A DNA stretch of 64,000 bases from Octopus vulgaris (lineage: Eukaryota), in assembly GCA_951406725.2 (NCBI GenBank), contig OX597828.1, positions 61,008,001 through 61,072,000 on the forward strand. Direction: 5' to 3'. The stretch's first letter is position 1. Each line of letters opens with the position of its first letter. The notes beneath the pieces are model-generated. The model worked only from the letters and a program-made list of their open reading frames with translations, was not told the origin of the DNA and made no database searches. A program made the translations under genes and the position numbers. This document shows positions 22,331 to 36,784 of the stretch, in pieces.

Positions 22331-22678
22331 TGTCATGTCTACGTTTTTTTGAGTTGATGTTAATGGTGATGGTGGCGGCAGAGGTGAAATGTGCAGGTGT
22401 GCTGAGGTGACATTTCAAGTTTTTGCTTTTCTATCTACGTTCTCATTCTTGCTGTGGGTTTGGTTGTATTCATCTTTGTTCATGTTGTTTTCATTTTCCT
22501 TGTTGTTGTTTTCTTGTTATTGCTGCTGCTGCTGTCGCAGCTGTTATGATCAGTTAGCAATGGTGGTTGTAATCGCATTCCTTGGACAGTTTGACGAAAA
22601 ATTCCACACCATATTTGTTTATTTAAAAAATCGGTAAATGCTATAAAACTACAGAAAATCCCATTTGAAGAATGATGA

Positions 22679-25600
22679 CTATACTTGCTCACCGTGAAGG
22701 AAATGTTGGAGATGTCGCTGCCTCAACACATGTCTGCGTACAATTAACCACGACATACTCAGTCCCCCACTCAGCGGATGCTGACAGCAGATAGACCTTT
22801 TGACAAACGGAACACGTCCCCTCCACAGAAATAGGAAGAGCAAGTGCTCCATTTTGATCAGCGACGAAGCAGGGATAGGGTCAGGCAGCAGTAGATGACG
22901 GAAGCTATGAAAATCCTTGGCCAAAATCTTTTAATATGCGTTTATCAGAGTTATGGGCCTAAAATTATCTATATGAATCCCCTTGTTCGAGTTCTTTATC
23001 AGCTGCACCACTACACCATAGCTTACAGCACTGTGAATTCCCCTGTTCTGTTGCCAGGTGCGGTAGACATTCGCTAAGTGATCACTGAATAAGCCTGGCA
23101 TATGAAGGTAAAGCTCGAATGATAGACTATCCAGCCTCTTGGGTATCTACTCATCGTGTCAAGTATTTCTTCCGTATTCCTGGCCGATAGGTGCGGCATA
23201 CCGTCGAAGTAGGAGGTGAAATTCCCTCTCATCACTGACCCAAAGCATTCTCCGTACAGTTCAGCAAAGTGCCGCAAAAACATTCCACACACATCTGCTT
23301 GGTTTCGAGTAGCAAGAGCCCATCCTGGCCTGTCAAAGATCGAATGTTGGCTTTTTTCCACGTTGCACCTCTGCCACCTGGGTCCATCGAACGAACGGTT
23401 TTTATTACATCGTGTCTTAGGACACGCACCCTAGCTCTAACAACACATTTGTGCTTGGCATTGAAGAATTTGTCAAGGGACCATATCGCCGCCAGTACGC
23501 CAGTCACTATGTCTTTTCTAATCGTCTCTTCAAGATTCCTAACTAGGTTTCCCTCTATCCTAAATTTCTCTAACGTTATCGCTTTAACTAAGCTCAAACG
23601 TCTCTACTCTAATATACCATCGGTTGCTGGCGATTGAAACCAACAACTTCCGATGGACTAATTTGTTAAACCGGTCTTTGTATACTTTATGCGCCTAGAA
23701 GGAAGCGTTCACATTCCAGTGTCCGGGGTTCTACCTATAGATCCTATCTAGGTCAACCGTACAGGTCACAAATTTGTCGACTTTGAATTGTGGACAATTT
23801 ATGCTACTTCTGTCTACAGCCCTATAAAATACTCTACCTAGATACGATCTGGAAGACCCGATGCTGGTTGCCTATGTTCTCATTGGCGTATTCGAAAAAT
23901 CCAGTCGGGACCTGACAGCCAATTGGAAGCGATTGAGCAGGTTTGTGAGACTTTTACACTCCTTCACTCCTATCGTCTAACCCCATCCTATCCAGGCCTT
24001 TTCTAAACAACATTGCCACCCTACTCCCATTTCAGGTCGAGCTAGAGATGCGTAGATCTCAAAGTTGTTAAAAGTGGGGACTAGTGAGCGCATGTTCGAA
24101 TATTTGGACTCTCTGGCGGCTATCACGTCCAACCTGAGTGACCTGAAGTCATTGAACAAGTGATTTTGCTTCTGGGACCTCCCTAGGCCACGAACATTTA
24201 TGCAACCTACTCTAATAATTGCCATGTTGGCCGGAAAGATTTGAGAAAAAGAAAAAAAAGCGGGGTTACTAATCCTCCCTGTGTTGTTGGTGGCCGGGTG
24301 GCCCGACCTTCGGCTGTAGTTGGGTTTCTTCTGGGAACGCCTTTAAAAGTCCGTTGGTGGCTTTTACATTAGAGGAAACCTATTTAATGTTTTTATATAT
24401 TGTTAACGGCACGCGCACTAGCAATAGCTTTTCTGACATTTTAAGCATACTGGTGTCATATATTGTACTTCGTCTCTCAATTTCTTTATTTCGAGCTCTG
24501 AGGGCCATCAAATCTTTGTTGGCTCTTCTCATGTGCAAGAAATTTGGAGCCTGTGTGGTTGACTGTTCTTTTGTATGCTTTCCTTTTCGGGTGAGGTAGG
24601 GTTGCGATCGTGTTGGTTATACTGGTGATAGCCGTGTTGGTTGTGTTCATAGCTGTGAAATGGATGAGGTTGGTGCTATTGTCGACGCGACTGTGCCTGC
24701 TGTGAGAGCGATTTCTGCATCATCCAATGAGTGTGCCGGTGCGAGGCCGGTTCTTTTTTCCTCCTTTCTTATATTTTAGGTTTATAGGGTTCTTCTTCAT
24801 TTTCACTTCGAGATGTGAAGAAACTAGAGTCTGTATGTCCGTCTCAGATATAGGCCGGTGTGTGTTTGTGTTTATGTGGGTGTCTATGTGTGAGTGTGTG
24901 TTCGACAGAAGAGGAAATGGAGAGTTGGGTTGAGGAATGCCCTGGGTGGTCCTCTCTGATGATATTTTTGTCGATGGTGGTGGTGACAGTGGTGGTGTGG
25001 TGCTGGTGGGGCTATTGTTATTATTACAGCTACTGCTGCTACCGCTGCTGGTGCTGCAAGTCTTGTCACCGCTGGAGACGCCGATACTGCCACTCTCATT
25101 TTCGGCATCGTGAATCTTTTCTTGTGGTGGTGTGATTTTTCTTGCAGTAGCCACTGTTGCAGTTGTTGCTGCATTTTTCTTGCTTTATTGTGGATATTGT
25201 TGTAGTTTTGCCTATTAAGCCAGCAGCAGGGCCCTTCTTTCTCCCCTTTTGTTTTTGTTGTGTGGGCAGAAAACTCGTGGATGATCCGCCATTCCACAGA
25301 CATGGCACTTCGGTTGTCTGCCCGCCACACTCAGTCTAAACTCTATTCCATTCGGCAGGGATATCAGGTCTGGGATCCTCTCCAGTTGGTCTGGCTTTAC
25401 ATATAGAAGCACTTCCAGAGTGATCCCAGTCCAGTTCGTTTTGATCTCTTGGTCTCCAGGAGAGTTTCACTCTCGACCAGTCCCACACAAGCGAGAATCC
25501 ACCACAAATCTAGTTCTGGTGGTACCCCTTGTATGGTAATTTTCACCACTCTTCTTTAAAAATATGTAGGGGAAAGTATGAAGTGTTGGAATGCCACGGC

Positions 25601-25750
25601 CTCAGTCTTGAATAAGACTTCGACCCCGCCGAACTGCTTACAGAGAAAGTTTTGAGGGATTACTTTTCTTTCACCGTTTTTCATGCATGCTTCCACCCCT
25701 CATCGTGATCGATGTTGGTTACCAAAAACCAGTTTTTTACATTACTTCGG
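22679..25750 (-). pseudogene. Decayed Tx1 element: ORF1, ORF2 EN and post-RT piece (RT core deleted)
   Basis: RLSVAGRQPKCHVCGMADHPRVFC knuckle; ORF2 start at 24225 IRVGCINVRGLG; FLWRGRVPFVKRSICCQHPLSGGL. Many frameshifts. Confidence 0.9.
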
Positions 25751-25759
25751 TGTTTAGAA

Positions 25760-26640
25760 AATTTGTTCAATTTGGAAACAAGATCAAAAGTATCCCGAAT
25801 GTAGGAACATGATCTTTTAGCTACTGGGAGTAAAAAGCCAGCCAGTCAACCATTCTGAAATTTTAGCAGTGCAACATTCATACCCACTGCAAATTGAGTG
25901 TAAAGGAGGAAATTTTTCGAAATTTTTACGTATTTTTGGAAGACCATAAAATACAGGTGTTCTTTCTGAACGTAATAGCTTAGATTTCGTGTCATTTATG
26001 AAATTCTTTTTCTCCATTTCCAAAATTATTTTATCAAGTTCCTCTCTGAGGTTTGGATCTACAGGTAGTTCTTCATAAGAAGTTTTGTCTCTTAAAACTT
26101 CTTCCCAAGCTGAAACGTACTCGTCTTTCTCTATGATTACAATAGCGCCTTCTTTATCCGCCATTTTGATATCAATAGAATCATTGTTAACTGTTGGCAA
26201 CGGAGTGCGCTACGCAGGGAATCCATAAGGTTATTCCAGCTCTTTTTCTTACAGGTGTTAAGACTTTCTCAAATTCCTGTCTGAAAAGATTCGATAAATT
26301 CCAACAGTGCTTGTGAACGTCCCTCCCGAACTTTATCCGGATTCCAATTTGGATTCTTTAAAATCCAATTATGCCAGATCCGATCATCATCATCATTTCT
26401 TTCAACAAACATGTGGATTTTTGACCGCCCGTTACCAATTCTTTCGAAAAAAGAAAAAATGCTTGAGGCTTGTGACGGCGGACAAACTGATATATTCCTT
26501 GTGTTAATTTATTTTTGTCAAAATTGTTAGTGTTTGGGTAAAAACTTAAGTCCAAGTTCTAAGAAACAGATATCATCTGGCGAAAGTTTTAACTTTGATA
26601 AATTTATTACCGTCTTATTTTCTTACATGGTTGATTTTCT
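25760..26640 (-). pseudogene. Penelope-like element, N-terminal RT region relic
   Basis: VINLSKLKLS...LELGLKF, ADKEGAIVII, FYGLPKIRK and SYIRDT are PLE RT N-terminal motifs. Confidence 0.85.
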
Positions 26641-26679
26641 TGGTCCAGCATTTTCCCCAGCGTTACTTGCATCATATAT

Positions 26680-28770
26680 TTTACTCTCATTTTGGGGGGC
26701 TTATGAGAGGGACAATACAAAACAGAATGATATGTGGGGGTTTACATATAATGAAATGATAAAATAAATGAATAATAATAAAAGAAGAGATTAAGTATAC
26801 ACAACATATAGTGAAAAGGAAGGGAAATATACAGAGAATACAAAGTTTTACCAAAAAAGGTGGGTGGGAATGATAGAAATATAGACCTCTTGATGCAAGA
26901 TGACCTCTAGGGATAATCGAGGAACCCCACTGTCCAAGCTCTCCCTAAACACTAAGAGCAAGTGCCCTCTCCAATTCCCTTTCTCTGACTCACAGGTCTA
27001 CACTTAGACAGGTACCATTTACTCTTGCCATTTTGGCAACTTTCACCTACCTTTCAGTAAAATCACCGTAGGACAGCACCTCCCTCTCCATCCTCACTTT
27101 CCTTTCCTTTTCAAGTAAAACTTGAAGAAGTCAATGAGACCTCTACCAAAGGGGAATGTATCTGTCCTCATGCCTTTCAGCCTCGTTCACCAGGCAACCT
27201 CTTTCGCCACAGCTACCAGGCAGGGAAAACTGACTTGCTTGACCGATTAAAGGAGGGCGGCGAGGCAATCATCACCAGGAACTCGGCCGATAGACGGATC
27301 CGTCCCACTCGGGACAGACAGTGATCGACATAATCCCCACAAATCAGCTGAATGAGTGCGTGCAGAACGGTTTCGTTAATCTGCGCGTGCATCGGACAAG
27401 CCCGTCTGACAGTACGCCCGTGCCTGTAGAGTTTATTTTGTACCAGTAGAGTTTATTTCGTACCAGTAGCGCCCCTCGGTAGCACTACCAGGCCAAAGAC
27501 ATATGGAAATTATCCATTATAGTTCCCAACCGAAAACTTCTCCGGAACAGGCTGGCAAGTTAGTCTTTGTCGACGCCTAGGGTCTCCCCGAGAACGTCGT
27601 CACACTTCCTCGCCACTAATCCTCTAAATTGCTAAAGAGGAACTTTCTCCAATGCCATTTCCCGACTGGTAGAGGGCTGAAAGCGCCTGACGACATTCTA
27701 GGTGCCAGACGTCCAGTCTCGGTCTTTTCTTCACTCAGGGCTGCAGCTGCATCAAAGAGACGAGCTGCAGAAAGCTGTCTCACGAACGGAGCCCACACAC
27801 GCTCACTATCCAGAAACCGTTGCAGGTGGCGCAACCTAAGAGCGTGTCTGCGCATTAGAAGCCAAGGCATACCCAATCCGTCAGTCAGAGGGTGCTGGCA
27901 ACAGACTAACCACCTGATCATTGGGACGTCTCATTTCCTCAAGAAATTAGATAGGAGACGCTCCAACTTGGTCAAGCAATAACCTGGACAAGGCACGACA
28001 GTCAGACGATAAATGATAACGAAGGCGATGTAGGCATTCGTCACCTTTGCCCGACCTTTCAGGGGCAGCTTCCTCTCAGGCCATTTCTGAGTAAGACTGA
28101 CCACCCTATTTATCACCTCGTCCCAGTTCTTATCCACCTGGAGGTCGGGACTAAACCAGACCCCGAGCGGTTTAGCTGGTCCGTCGGTCCAGTGTCCGAC
28201 GACGCAGTCTGATGGCATCGACCTGGCTCTCCAGGAGCCCAGCTAAAAACCCATCGATTTGTCGGCGTTGATTTTGGCCCCTGCAACCGACTCATATTCC
28301 CCTAGAATGGAGCCGACCGTCTCTATTTCGGAGACGTCCGACACCATGACGGTGACGTCTTCTGCGTACGCCAACATTGCCCTTCCGTATGCCCCCTTAA
28401 CTGTTCCAACTTAACTATTCCGCAGCAGTGGCTCGAGAACCAATACATACAGAAGAGGTGACATTGGGCAGCCCTGATGAACTGAGCGTGCGCTGCTAAA
28501 CGGTTTCGATAGGTGACTGTTTACTTTGACCACTGAACAGGTGCAGCAATCCAGCCTACGAAAACGGATCCGAAACTGCCTCCTTCGAGGACGGCTTCCA
28601 AGTAGCGATGGAGGGACTCTATCAAATGCTTTGGATTGATCCAAATTGATAAGAGCATCCACGAAGTAAGCTTTGGTCTCAGCTCTCTCTATGATGTATA
28701 ACATAATGTGGAGGTTGTTAGGGATAGACCTATTCGAGATTGCGTACGTTTGGGCTTCCCCGACTAGGCT
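26680..28770 (-). pseudogene. 5'-truncated decayed Tx1 element (RT to 3'UTR)
   Basis: LDQSKAFDRV, SVHQGCPMSPLLYVLVLEPLLR, VVGHWTDGP and LGMPWLLMRRHALRLRHL closely parallel the intact ORF2. Confidence 0.92.
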
Positions 28771-29320
28771 AACTACTAAAAAGCAGAGGCACAGTCCATA
28801 GATCGTCCCCAGTCAAGGGCAGTGTGGATAATGGTGAGAGGATACCAACGTAGGATGAAGTGGAGTGCCATGAATTGAGGCTGAGTTTCAAAATCACTGC
28901 AGAGCCTGCGTAGATGGAGGAATTGGGAGAGTAGGAGATGGAGAGCTTGGTGTGGATATAATGGAAGGAGGAGAAGTTAAGATAGGAGTGTGAGTCTCTC
29001 ACAACATCCATCTACTATAAACAGTAGTAGATGGAGGTAGTGAGAGCAGAGTGGTGTATGCTGAGAGAAATGTCGAGAAATTCGACGGAAGAGTTAGAGA
29101 TAATGCAGGTGAATTCGAGGGTAGGATAGAAGGATTGGACAAAGGAGACGAAAGAGTTCAGAGGTTCGCAGAAGAGTGAGGTCGCACCGTTACAGTTATC
29201 GATATAACGACCGTATAGCTCGGGAGTGGGACCAGTAAATTGTGAGAATATTTGGGCCTCAGCACAGCCAACGAACAGGTTCGCATAATTGGGGTTCATT
29301 CTTGTTCCCATGGCCACTTC
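28771..29320 (-). pseudogene. Penelope-like element RT core and thumb relic
   Basis: AMGTRMNPNYANLFVG, RYIDN (from RYIDD), EFLDI and DSHSYLNFSSFH..HTKLSI are PLE RT motifs. Confidence 0.9.
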
Positions 29321-29346
29321 CGTATGTACATAAATACATACACACG

Positions 29347-29479
<133 letters not shown>

Positions 29480-29484
29480 ATATA

Positions 29485-29900
29485 GGAGTGGCTGTGTGGT
29501 AAGTAGCTTGCTTACCAACCACATGGTTCTAGGTTCAGTCCCACTGCGTGGCACCTTGGGCAAGTGTCTTATACTATAGCCTCGGGCCGACCAATGCCTT
29601 GTGAGTGAAGTTGGTAGTGGGAAACTGAAAGAAGCCTGTCGTATATATGTATGTATATGTGTATGTGTGTGTATATATTTGTGTGTCTGTATTTGTCCCC
29701 CCCCCAACATTGCTTGACAACCGATGCTGGTGTGTGTACGTCCCCGTAACTTAGCGGATCGGCAAAAGAGACCGATAGAATAAGTACTAGGCTTACAAAG
29801 AATATGTCCTGGGGTCGATTTGCTCGACTAAAGGCAGTGCTCCAGCATGGCCGCAGTCAAATGACTGAAACAAGTAAAAGAGTAAAAGAGAGTAAAGAGT
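29485..29900 (+). mobile_element. tRNA-derived SINE (family 3) with internal microsatellite
   Basis: GGAGTGGCTGTGTGGTAAG...GGTTCAGTCCC (A/B boxes), CCTTGGGCAAGTG core-like block and (AAAGAGT)n tail. Other copies at about 38223-38910, 55829-56097 and 61228-61640. Confidence 0.85.
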
Positions 29901-30013
29901 ATATATATATATATATAAAGTTAATCCAAACAAGAAAACAAAAAGACAACAACGCGAGGATGTGGAACAAATAAAGTATTATTGGGCGCTCAGGAAAGAA
30001 GGGAAGAAGGAGG

Positions 30014-30048
30014 GTATGACGTTTCGAGCGGAGCTCTTCGTCGGAAGC
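30014..30048 (-). ncRNA. Degenerate minimal hammerhead motif in a pLTR-like fragment (29920-30120)
   Basis: The minus strand reads CCGACGA-A-GAGC ucc GCUC-GAAAC-GUC. U4 is mutated to C and stem I is lost. It lies between (AT)n tracts on the same strand as the nearby Penelope RT relic. Confidence 0.6.
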
Positions 30049-30170
30049 ATAGGAGAAAGAAAGATCCGGAGGTGGGAGGACAGAGGGAAAAAAAATTGCA
30101 AGTGGTCTTCACGAGGTCACATATATATATATGTGTGTGTGTGTGTACGTATCTATCTATTATATATCTA

Positions 30171-30219
<49 letters not shown>

Positions 30220-30359
30220 TATACATTATATATATATATATTTATATATATATTTATATACCACACACATACACACACACACATACATACACACACACGT
30301 ACATACACACACATGCGCACACACACGCGCGCGCGCACACACACACACACAAATGTAAA

Positions 30360-31330
30360 TAAACATAAGTTGTACTTATCTATCTATCTATCGAAGTTCT
30401 CGCTCTCTCTCAGATTCTCTCTCTCTCCGTAAAAAACTATCTATATTTGGCTGTGTTAATAAGCTTGAGAGCGAAAGAGACTAAGAGGAAGCGATTTTAT
30501 GGCACGAGCAAGTGTCTTATACTTTGAAATCGGGCCGACCAATGTGTGTTTGAGTGAAGTTGGTAGTGGGAAACTGAAAGAAGCCTGTCGTATATATGTA
30601 TGTATATGTGTATGTGTGTGTATATATTTGTGCTGTCTGTATTTGTCCCCCCAACATTGCTGTGACAACCGAGACTGGTGTGAGACGTCCCCGTAACTTG
30701 CGGATCGGCAAAAAGAGAGAGAATAACTGATTTTTTACTAGGTGTATGTGTATATGTATGTATGCATGTATCGTGTATATGTATGCTATGCATGTATCTA
30801 TGAAATGTGTGTAAAAGAGTAAAATGTGTGTATGTATATATATATATAAAGTTAATGGCAAACAAGATTCATCGTAATGTTTTACAACGGAGGATGTGGA
30901 ACAAATAAAGTATGTATTGGGCTGCATGTATGTGTGTGTGTATGTATCAATGTATGTGTGTATGTATGTATGGTCGAGCGGAGCTCTTACGTCGGAAGTA
31001 TAGGAGATATGTATGATCCGGAGGTGTATGTGTGTGTGTGTATGTATCTTGTGTGTGTCTTCACGTGTGTCACATATGTATATATGTATGTGTGTGTGTA
31101 CGTATCTATCTGTATGTGTGTGTGTATGTATGTATATATGTACTCGGTGTATGTGTATATGTATGTCTGTCTCTTCGCATACACTAACAGAAGCACTTCA
31201 CTTATATATATATTTATATACCACACACATACACACACACACAGGCCGACATACACACACACCTACATACACACACATGCGCACACACACGCGCGCTCAT
31301 TACTTACACACACACAAATATAAAGTTTTT
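30360..31330 (+). repeat. Garbled tandem duplicate of about 29360-30350
   Basis: The same blocks appear in the same order (SINE, GGATGTGGAACAAATAAAGT, CGAGCGGAGCTCTT, CA tract), interrupted by microsatellite-like patches. Confidence 0.85.
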
Positions 31331-31585
31331 ACGGAAATCATAATCTGTTGTACTTATATGCCTATATATTAAATAAATAATCATTAAAAGAAAATCAATT
31401 GATAATAACTTGAAAAATTGAAGAGGAGATAACTGCTGTGACAACGTATGATAACGTCTGTGTTGCTAACGTATGTTATTCGCTTCACAGACATTTCACT
31501 GGGCTCAATGAGAGCGTGAGTTGGCGTTGTGTTGCCTTCACCGTCTGCTTTATATAGTGATCTGAATTACACCATTCTCGCCAAC

Positions 31586-31655
31586 ATGACCGAATGTACA
31601 CAGGAATACTTGGAGGAGAAGTTCAGACAGTTTAGGGAGCCAAACTCGGAGGAGG
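31586..31655 (+). CDS. Candidate first coding exon of an unidentified host gene (MTECTQEYLEEKFRQFREPNSEE, phase-1 donor)
   Basis: Branch-like CTAAC at about 31466, acceptor TTCGCTTCACAG ending 31490, start context GCCAACATG and donor G/GTGAGT at 31656. No downstream exon could be linked with confidence. Confidence 0.4.
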
Positions 31656-32025
31656 GTGAGTAGAAAAACATGTTTTCATATATTTCTATTCATATATCTT
31701 CCATCTTACTCTCTTATTGAGTTCACCTACTTCTCACTCAGCCTATAAAGGAACCCCTATTAAGCGACTTCATTTGCTAGAAATAGCAGGCGAATAGCCT
31801 TAAGATTATACCTTCTGGTCCTACAAAACATGGACACATTGAATTATGTCGAGTGATGCGATATTCCTTAAAAATGACCTGAGTCAGACCCTACTTGTGA
31901 CAAGACACCAATCTATTTCAGATGTGTGTATTTGTGTGTGTGTGTGAGTGTGTGTGTGTTTGTGTATCTATTAATGTATGTATCTATATATGTATACACA
32001 TACACACAGAGATATAAACGTGTGT

Positions 32026-32096
<71 letters not shown>

Positions 32097-32405
32097 ATGT
32101 ATATACACTCACGTGTGTACAGTATACATATATACATACGTGTGTATAGTATATATATATATACATGTTTATGTGGTATATATACATATACCACATAAAC
32201 ATGTGTGTATGCGGATTTTTAGGATTTTAGCTCTCCTTTATCAAAGCCGTTCCATAATTTTAAGTTCTCTAAAAATACGTTTTCCACTAAATCCTTTGTT
32301 TCAGGATGTGATATTTCATTTGAGTGAGATTTGGTGGCTAGGTCTAGTGACTACATAAAACTTACCTTCTTGGTACGCACACACGCACATACACACACAT
32401 ACACA

Positions 32406-32469
<64 letters not shown>

Positions 32470-32751
32470 GAAACACACTCACGCACGTATATATATATAA
32501 TCAGACTCGTGTGTATATGTATAATCAGACATAATATATACATATGTATATATTCATTTATATATACATACATATGTTAGTGTATACATACATACATACA
32601 TACATACATACATGTCATATATATACAGATACAAACACAAATTATATATGTACATACATACTCACATATACACGCATACATATATGCATACAATCTTACA
32701 TACACATATTTATATGTATATATATATTTATATGTATCTCTCTATCTCCCC

Positions 32752-32797
<46 letters not shown>

Positions 32798-32806
32798 GCA
32801 GACACA

Positions 32807-32888
<82 letters not shown>

Positions 32889-33197
32889 CACACACATATA
32901 TGTATGTGTATATGTGTTATAATTTGCGTGTGACACACTAGATGGCCTGATACTAATATATTATTAATACCACTGTAACGTATTGTAGAACAGCTTGGCT
33001 AAATTTTTCAGTTGTTACCCCACCACCCTTCCATAGAATATGTAAATAAAACATTTGTCCCAGTTTTCTCGTGACATTTAGAAATGTATCTCACTTGTAT
33101 GTGTAGGTGAATTGCAGCTCAAGTAGGATGGTCGAATATAATATAAGGGAAAATTTAATATAATATAATATATATGTATATACATATATATATATAT

Positions 33198-33236
<39 letters not shown>

Positions 33237-33614
33237 ATACATATGTATATTTATATGTTTTTGTGTGCTTCTTTATATGAGCATGCTTCAAAATTATCAA
33301 GTTTAGGGTTCAAGCGGAATGTGTGTTATTTAAAACTTCCGCCATTGTTTCGGGTCAGTGAAAGCATTGAGCATGAAATTTGCTGAATGCAATCCGACTG
33401 TTGATGGAGGAAGTGCTACTGCTTTTATGCGGTAAACTTTTGTTGTTGCCGTATCAACAGCACTACGTCACCCGACCTTGGGTGCTTTTAGCAGACCCTA
33501 CTCTATTCTAAGTATTTGACGAAATTCTTCGATTTGAGTCAATATTCTTTCTTACCATAATCTCGGAGACTAAAAGCTATGATTGTTGCTCTCCCTTCTC
33601 TCATTAAGCCAATA

Positions 33615-34030
<416 letters not shown>

Positions 34031-34410
34031 GTTTGTAGAAGATGAATATTTCAGTTGTCAGTACTTTACATCCGAAAACGAAATCGTGCTGACAGTGATT
34101 TACAAGACTTGGATGGGAAACGTGTTTATATCAAAAATTCAAAATATAAACAAATAATAAAATGATAAAAAATATAATAAGAATAACAAGATATAAAGTG
34201 TAAATGAAGTAAGTTATAAGAACATGAAAACCGTGTATACATGTATTCGAGGGAAAATAAATAGAGTTCAGTGATACGAGATATCATGAAGGTAAAAGTC
34301 AGTTAAAAACCATGAAAAGTAAAAAAAGATTTTATTACTCCTTAGCTCATAAACGAGCACAAAAAACAGTTGTAATATTCGCGGAATATTGGCTCAATTA
34401 AAAATCTTCT

Positions 34411-34460
<50 letters not shown>

Positions 34461-34769
34461 GCGTGTGTGTATGTGTGTGTGTGTGAGTATGTATGTATGT
34501 GTGCGATTGTGCATGTGTGTGTTTGTGTGTGAGTGTGTTTGTTCGTGTATCTGTATGTGCTTAGATGAATATTTAAACGCATGTATATATGTATACGAAG
34601 TGTTTACATTTAAAAATCATACGTATATGTTTATGCGGGTTAGTGTTCGTGTGTAAGTGGGGGTGGGTGGGAGGCTGTAAGTTTACGACAGAAAATCCTT
34701 CAGAGAAAACGAGTTTTAAACAAGTTATTAGTTTAACGGTCAATGAGAGATTACAAAAGTGGAAATAGC

Positions 34770-34804
34770 TTTGATGTTTCGAGGTTTAAGCACGTCTTCA
34801 GAAA
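34770..34804 (-). ncRNA. Degenerate minimal hammerhead motif
   Basis: The minus strand reads UUU-CUGAAGA-cgugcuuaaaccuc-GAAAC-AUC-AAA. Stem II is decayed. Confidence 0.4.
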
Positions 34805-36049
34805 AATATTTAGAAGAAGGAAGAAACAGTTCTAAAGTTCTAAAAATGGGTAAGGTGTATGTATATATTTATGTATGTGCGAGTAGTGGACATACGAATG
34901 AAAGAGGCACTCAACACATTTGGTGGAAGTTAAATATATTATTATTTAAAACAATTTGATTCGGTCTCGTGCTCCTTACTTTTTCAAGTTGCATGGGTCC
35001 AATGAGGCTGTTTCCAACAACAACAAAATCAATAGTTTCAAATTTTCGCACAAAGCCAGCATGTTCGTGAGGGGGAGCAAAGTCGAATACAGTGACTCAG
35101 TGTTCAACTGGTACTTATTTTATCAACCTCGAAAGGATGAAAGACAAAGTTGAACCTGGGAGAATTTGAACTTAGAACGTAAAGACGAGTGAAATGCCGC
35201 AAAGCATATATATACACACACTAAAGTAACGATACATACAAGAATTAGAGCTTACATATTTTCATAGTAATAATAATAAGAATAAAAAAAAATCTATACT
35301 ATAATGAATAAAGCTGCTCATTAATTAGGTATGTAACAATTACCAAAAACAATAATAAAAGTTTAACCGTCTGTAAATATTTTTATAAATTCATATCCTA
35401 AGAAATTTTCTATAATTTCGATTTCTTAAGTTTATTGAATTTTTTCATTGCATTCACTGCGTCCAATTCTTCATAAATTTAAATATTCATTCCATTCAGT
35501 GCGAAATAGATTTTAATGTTTAATAATGAACAGTATTAATTCATTGCAGGCGACTTTTTCCTTTTTTTATTTGCAACAGTCTCTCATTCTCGCTCGCCTC
35601 TATCTTCGTTAATGATAATTTAATAATAGCTATATAACTTTGATATGAGGCACAATTTCAGGAATATCATTAGTTTCCGGAGTTTATTAAATGAATATTT
35701 TTGATAAAATGAAAATTCGTTAATATACCGGTATAATTTTGTTTTTCAATGAAGAAATGATTTTGTTGGTATGGCTGTTTGGAACGCTATAAGCCTTTCA
35801 ATAATAACTATGTGATCGCTGTTATTTCTAGTACGCTAAACAATATAGTTTTTAACGAGCTTTAACTTATACGATTTTTTCATTTCATGTTTATTTTCAT
35901 TTAATGTTTGTAATTTTCTCTTCCCCACCTCTCTTTCTCTCTCACACACAAACACTCACACAATCTCTCTAATTTAAATACACGCATTCCAGGTTTGATT
36001 TCTTTATTGCACAAATATTACATTTGAATTTTGCAATTCTGAAAAAGAA

Positions 36050-36784
36050 AATTTAGTAGCAAAGGCACAACGGCAGAGAGAAAGAAGGGCAAGTGAATCA
36101 GATGAAACCAGGGCAAAGCGACTGAAACAGATGTCTGAATATGCACGGAGACGTAGACATGACTCTGTTTCCGCTATACATGAGCGACTGGTTAGCGTAT
36201 CTCGAGAGGAGAATATTACACTGAGAGGAGAATATTACTTGTGCCAGATCACAAATTGTTGATGCAACAAATTGTTGATATTTTCTTTGGGATCACATGG
36301 CAGTAGTGGAGTTGACAACCAATCTAAGATTTCTTACAGAAGGTCATTCTGATGAAAGAGAGTTTGCTAAATACCTTCTTCATGTAGGAAAAGGCAATAT
36401 TTCTGTTGAACAAAGCCTTGGTGAATTCAAAATCAAACTCCCCTATGACCTTTGCCTTGAAAGTTGTGCTCTTGAAGGATCAACTCTGCGAATCCCAAGA
36501 ATACCACATGTATCTCAAGAAATGGAATTTCCATTCACATCTACACGCAATTTCCTGTCAAGCCAGCTTTTGGCTGTGTGTGGTTGCTCGTATAGTGGCA
36601 AGGCACAGGGACAGGGACTTTTGAACACATTGGAATATATTTTCCGACACAATTCTTCTCACATGATTAGCTGTATGTTGCATTATCTAAAGTTCGAAGG
36701 AATACTAATGTAAAAACATTGGCTGAGAGAAATGGAGACAGTATGATTACTGACAATTTTGTTTACAAGGAGGTGCTGCTCTGA
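36050..36784 (+). mobile_element. Helitron RepHel relic, internally deleted (PIF1 helicase C-terminus)
   Basis: LTTNLR, FAKYLLHVGKG and RIPRIP, then frameshifted QFPVKPAF, KAQGQ, FSH..LYVALSKV and TDNFVYKEVL*. Confidence 0.88.

Noticed and set aside
32305-32323. 19-nt micro-exon that would extend the candidate exon to EGCDISF
   Set aside because: Too short and easily found by chance without transcript data.
34950-34992. Minus-strand TTGAAAA...CCGAATC possible U3-A8 hammerhead relic
   Set aside because: GAAAC is mutated and stem II cannot be formed.
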